59,173 bases of DNA, from positions 1-59,173 of the forward strand of contig CAJVPI010000082.1 of the NCBI GenBank assembly GCA_910592345.1, written 5' to 3'. Numbering within the stretch: position 1 is the stretch's first letter; each line of letters begins with the position of its first letter. Below, piece after piece: positions 53,592 to 59,173 of the stretch. Under the pieces are notes generated by a model, which searched no databases, had not been told where the DNA came from, and saw only the letters and a program-made list of their open reading frames with translations. Both the position numbers and the translations under genes were made by a program. Source of the stretch: Paraglomus brasilianum. Its lineage: Eukaryota.

Positions 53592-54438
53592 AATTCGCGT
53601 CAATGTGCGGCGAGAGTGGGATGAATTGGAACATGTCTATAGGCAGTTAGTGGCTGGACATTGGTCGAGTCGATTAATGTAGTACGACATCCAAAAATAG
53701 AAGAGAACAAATTAAAGGTTAATGTCAATGTCGATCTTTATGATTAACATTTAAGGCAAGATTATCAGACATCAATGAGGACTTCGGTACTTGATCGTAG
53801 AATGTGTTAAACACGCTTTTAAAGTTCCTCGCGATAGTTAAACACGCTTTTAATTCTCGTCTGTTACTTATTACCGTGAGACTAGCCAAGATGCAAAGAG
53901 TGACGATCAAGTTATTTGTATATCTTCTACCTTTATTCGAAGCACGTAAATTAATAACACAGCAAGTACACTGATAAAATTGACAACTAACAGCCTACAG
54001 TATATTGGAAGAGGAATTTCTATAGTTTATAAGTAACTTCGAAATTACGATTAGCAAACCAAGAATGTGATTGCTAAGATTAAGGGATTTATCTATAGCG
54101 CGTTGAGACATAAAAACTAGTTTTCACCGTCATTCTTCTTGTGCTCCAGTCCAAAATTTAATAAGTATATGTACAATGAAATGTGTTTACACAATCACTA
54201 ATATGCAGTATATATATAATGACAATCTTATGGCGTAAATCAAGAAACAATATCTTGACGCAATGACTATATACATCTATCCCGACTACTAACTATGATC
54301 CTCCCAAGAATTCTGATATATCTTCGTTGGCGGAGGGGGTCGTACTTCACTATTTATGTCAATAGCAAATCAAGGAATTGACATTCACGTAAAATATCAC
54401 GAATGCAGTTTAAATATGTCACGGAACCAACCTAAATA

Positions 54439-56987
54439 TTAAACACACAGATTTTTCGTCACTGAAGATGAAATAATAAGGAGTTAATAATGTTAACTTT
54501 CCGAATCTTAAATTCAATGTACAGTTCACTATCTTCATACCTGCAGCTGAATCTCCAGCTGGTAAGATAATGCTAGAGTATTTACCCTCTTTCTCAAGGC
54601 GCGATAGTGGTTTCACATCATTACGATATATGGCATTCCATATATTGTTATCAGATTTATCCTTGATTGTGTCGTCTTTAATAAGGTTGCTGATACGTGA
54701 ATTGACTTCCCATATGGCTGGACGTTTGTCAGGATCGTCATCACAGCAGATCTCAGCAAGTTTCTTATACGCTTCAGGTGCTGAGCCAGGCATCGGTGGT
54801 CGTAATCCACCCATAATGTCGCATACCAAGTTTCTATCGAATTCCCTATCCCTAAAGGGTGGTTCGCCGCTGGCAATCAAATACATAATAATGCCCAATG
54901 CATATATGTCTGATTTCCGACTAAATTTGCAAGTACGAAACACTTCAGGTGCAATAAATGGTAAAACACCTCGAACGATTGAATTTGACTCGGCTGAAAC
55001 CGCTGATTGAGAGAGTCCAAAGTCACATATGAACGGGACGCTTGGATCGACATCTCCTTTTGTTTTGGATATGTCGTCGTTTAGGACTATGTTCCCTCCA
55101 TGGAGATCACAGTGTACCAGATTCTTGGAATGAATAACATACAGATTATTTGCAATGCCCTCCAAAAGTTGTAATTTCGTATTCCATGTCAAGTTGTTAA
55201 TACTTCGATGCAAATAAGACAAAAGGTTACCATCATTGGCGTATTGCATAACAATTATGTACTCTTTCGTCTCTGGTTGTTGTGTAATACCATATATTTT
55301 AAGGAACCTATCAAAATCACCGTCAGAACATTTGACATGGTTGCTGAACTATAAACAAATAAGTTATATAAATTGGTTAAGCATTATTCTAGATAGTAAA
55401 GTCAATGGTCATCAGGAATTTCTTACCTCAGAAGCAAATGATTCTGGCATCTTCTTATAACATTTGAGAACAACACGTTCTTCTTCTCTGATTGGGTATT
55501 CGTCGATTTTATGTCTGGCTTTATAGACTGTTCCATAACCACCAGATCCAATTTCTTCGATGTCATAAAAATCGGTATATTGCATACGCTTTACATGTTT
55601 ATTGGTTCGCACAACTCTGTTAACGACTGGATGAACCGCATGGTGGAATACCAAATAATATTCACGAGTATATGGCTCTTGAGCTACACCAATAATCCAA
55701 ATATTTTCTGGTGTTAAGATCTCCGGGTATTCCGTAATTAGCTATTTTGCATAGGAATATAGTCAATTTCAACATTTATTGATAGAACACGTACCACAGT
55801 AACAGCATTATTATGATTTACCTGATAAAAGTCAAATGAACTAGTATTCCCGTCGACTGTCTTTTTCAATGTAACTCTTGTCAATTTATTCGTCGTCGGT
55901 TCTGGCCAATCTGCGACATGAGTGCAAGCACGGGGTAATGATGTCACCGCCTGTATGTTTGTCAATTGTGAATACTCTATCCATTGTATATAGGCATCGC
56001 GTTCATTCTTTGCATTACTCCATGACTCCATTATAAATGAATCTAAAGACTTGTTGCCCGTAGTCCAATCGAGAGGTTGTGGTGCTTTACATTCGAAACA
56101 GAATGCATGTCTCTTAGGTTCAAATCTTTGTGTGCACGCCAAACATAGTCCATATCGTTTTATTAGATAATATTTTCGCTTATCTGTTCTGTACGTAAAT
56201 CCAATAGTATTCCAAACATTAGTGATAAGAATATCTGGATGGTCAACACATAACTAGTAAAATTAAATCAGGTCAACAATTGACTAAAGGGCAATAAAGA
56301 TATATTCATAAACCCAAGTTCAACAGTTACCTTGTCATAATATGAACTATCTGTTTCATCTTTTATTTCAAGTGGAATCAAATTTATAAAACAATTAATA
56401 GGTAGACCACTTAAGTATCTGTTTACATAATATCCAGTCATACAATCGAATGGAATCCATTCCAAATAGGCTTCATTTGCCGAGCCTGTTTGCATTTGTG
56501 ATTTCTTAATGAACTCATCGAGTTTCTTGTTGCCGCTAGTCCACCTGTTGGACAATTGTTTATGCCCACACACACACCACACGGGACTGCATCTGAGGAT
56601 TCCACATTCATGGCAAAATCCATATCGAGCATAACATTGGTAAAAGAGCCTATGAGCAACCAAATAGTAGTTGTCTTCGCGTTCGGTAACCCCATATATA
56701 AGTTTGTTCCTCCTTTCAAGCCATATCGGGTATCTTCTGAAGTCATTAGATTGAGCGTTATATTTATTCGTTGGGAGCGAGTAAATTCTAGCAAACTCGT
56801 TCATAAATGCCGGCGTACGAATGTCACTGTTTCTGAGTAATAGTAGCATTATGTCACCATGTGCTACGTGCACAGCGTAATAAATGGTCTGATCGTTGCC
56901 AACTAGACTTGACCCAGTGTCAGTAATGTCCGAAGAAGGTATCCATTTAACATTATATGCTAAGAGAGATCTAGTGACATCAGACAT
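54439..56987 (-). CDS. Multi-module tyrosine-kinase-like (non-RD) protein kinase, copy 3
   Basis: Exons 56987-56331, 56253-55822, 55741-55427, 55348-54541, plus an uncertain 3' tail exon. Motifs GSGGYG, VVLK, FASE, HCDLHGGN, DFG, FIAPE; same modules and intron positions as copies 1 and 2. Confidence 0.85.
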
Positions 56988-57140
56988 TCTGAGTTTGATT
57001 GTCTTGAAAACTCGACATTATTGTCGTGAAGAAAACTATTAAAGTACAACGGTGTATCGTTTCGGTACCACTAGATTTATTACTGCTCTAATATATTTGC
57101 GTCACGAAGTATCGGCTATTGTTATTATTCTTGTTATTAT

Positions 57141-59173
57141 TACAGTGGCACCTCCGTAAGTGCACCCTCCATAAGTGCACGCCCTCTTTATAGCCCGGTC
57201 CCAAGCTTGGGACTTAGAGAGCTAAGTGCTCACCTCCAAAAGTGCTGAAGAACTACTATCGCGTTGGGGCACCAAAATTTCGCAGGTCGGTGTCTGTTAT
57301 TGTGACACAACTATATTCTGACCAACGAAAAACTTTGCAGTAATTGTGTTCACATGCAAATTTTGCATTTCTTTATATGGACGAAGTTCATCAAACATAA
57401 CTCCCTAATTAGGACCAACGTCCTAATTTGGACATGGAGAGGGAATATTGGGAATATTACAGAGGGTCGCCAAAAGTCTCCGAACGATTTTTGGCTCAAT
57501 TTTAGACTTAAAATTTTTAATACTTAAGCTTAAAAAAAAATTATTTAAACAGGGTCTGATCTATATTTCGTATTAAGTGACTAGTACTTGATCGGACCTC
57601 CATTTGCATCGATCACGCTACGTACGTATCAACAAAATTTTCGACAGTATGTACAGTCCCGGAAAATAATAATGGCGGTGCCTATTAAATGCAATTTCCA
57701 CAAAGTGTTTACATATAAGTTAAACTTTTGGCAGTAGTTAATGTTGTTCACGATAACAAATTCTACTTGTAATAAAGAGATGATAAATTCACAAAAAAGT
57801 TTCAACATGTTTTTGGCATTTAACTTTTATACAATAAAAGCAAGTCTTGGTTTTGGTCAAAGGCATTGTATAATAAAAATATTGATTCAATAGCTCTAAA
57901 TTGTTAAAAAAAGTTGCAAATAAGGTAGAATTGGTTATTGTAAATAGTTTTACTTAGTACTGAAGATTAAATTTCTTAGTAGAAAAGATGTCTGACATAT
58001 GGCCTACAGTTTTTTATCAAGTTATAACTTGTTCACTTGCTAAATTTTTAAATTTTTAAATTTTATTCTGAACATCATTGAAACATAAACAAATAATATT
58101 ATGCATTAACTTTTTTAGAACGTAACTGTGTGCTTTTAAACAGTCTAACCCAAATTTTTGCGACCGTTTATTCTGCAAGGTTTACTGCAAAATATTTTTG
58201 CTGGCCGCCATTATTTTTTCCTGGACTGTAATATTTCGGCCTTTTTTCGACAAGTCTTTCTGAACAGAATCTTCCAATGTCTTGGTAGTAAACTGGACAG
58301 ATTTTATGTCATAGAAATTTTGGCTTTAAATTCAGTAAGAAAAATATCTTTGTGAGTATTCTGGGACTTAAGATGCGTATTTGCTACTTTTAACCGTTTA
58401 ACCTCGCTAACAAGTTATATAGCATTGGCACGGATTCGTTGGGTACTGTATTAGCCCGTTTCAACGAACGTTTTGTTTTTTTTCTTTCTAGAGCCCAAAT
58501 CTTCCTTTCCCGATCAAAATTCTTACATTGTTTTTAAAAAATTATTTCGTAATTTTGCATTATATTCACGTAACTTAGATGATGCTTCAAAGTTACGGCG
58601 AATTTCTTCTTCGAGGTCTAGCTTCCTATCAGCCATATTGATAATTATTCCACTAAAAAATTCTTAATATCTATGTCGAAATATTAATATAGTGTAAAAA
58701 ATAAAAAACGAGTAAAACTATTGCTGAATGATTTTTAACAATATAAATTGTTCGTTAACGTTCTATGTATTATCCAAAAATTTGTATCAGAGACACTAAC
58801 GGAGTTATGATAATAAAAATTATTTCGAACAATTTTTAACCATAAAAAACGTTCTATTTCACTCGTAAACATTTTTATCGTTCTAAAAATATTATCGCCA
58901 AAATGCTACTGTTTTATCCCCGAGCAAACCGAATGCTAAAAAATAAGATTCCTACCTATAAAATAATAAAAGAATACCATATTTGCGGAGAGCGTGTTCT
59001 CGATATATGGGACACCTTGGAAAGCAAGAGCACTCACGTGGCTGATCTTTCGGAGAAAAGATTTGTGAAACAAGAGCACTTACTATTACTAGACACGGGA
59101 CATGTCGTTAATGTAAGACTTTATTGTCCAACTACAGATAAACTGCTAAAGCTGGTTTTAACATATACATAAG
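57141..59173. mobile_element. Cluster of transposon debris (solo TACAG-type termini, broken ORFs)
   Basis: Unpaired TIR-like starts TACAGTGGCACCTCC (57141, with TAAGTGCAC repeats) and TACAGAGGGTCGCCAAAAG (~57457). Broken minus-strand coiled-coil ORF MADRKLDLEEEIRRNF (~58637-58240). Short HTH-like ORF at 58903. Confidence 0.4.
57652..58230. mobile_element. ~580-bp Tc1/mariner-like MITE
   Basis: Left TACAGTCCCGGAAAATAATAATGGCGG; reverse complement of right end TACAGTCCAGGAAAAAATAATGGCGG. TA ends; AT-rich non-coding interior. Confidence 0.8.

Overview
Intron-rich, AT-rich eukaryotic DNA from an early-diverging fungus. The HCDLHxGN/WTSGN-type tyrosine-kinase-like kinases point to Mucoromycota, most likely Glomeromycotina; this is an inference. 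Conserved genes: cyclophilin, dual-targeted alanyl-tRNA synthetase, PP2A activator RRD2, Josephin/ataxin-3, eIF3f, RRB1, a UMA+UBA (UBAP1-like) protein, RACK1/ASC1 with an intronic U24-like C/D snoRNA, and a Sas4/PEHE protein. Accessory content: a decayed PIF1 helicase, several TA-flanked MITEs, a very large F-box gene with low-complexity ends and probable micro-exons, and a secreted Kre9-like + hevein (CBM18) protein. The most striking feature is a local family of five minus-strand copies (3 apparently intact, 2 pseudogenes) of a non-RD kinase. In this kinase a complete catalytic domain is preceded by three degenerate N-lobe-only modules, separated by phase-0 introns at an equivalent position. 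One copy shows near-total CpG erasure over about 2.5 kb, and the survivors in its kinase exon are all in Arg codons. Exon boundaries were read by eye from GT/AG sites and protein continuity and need RNA-seq confirmation.
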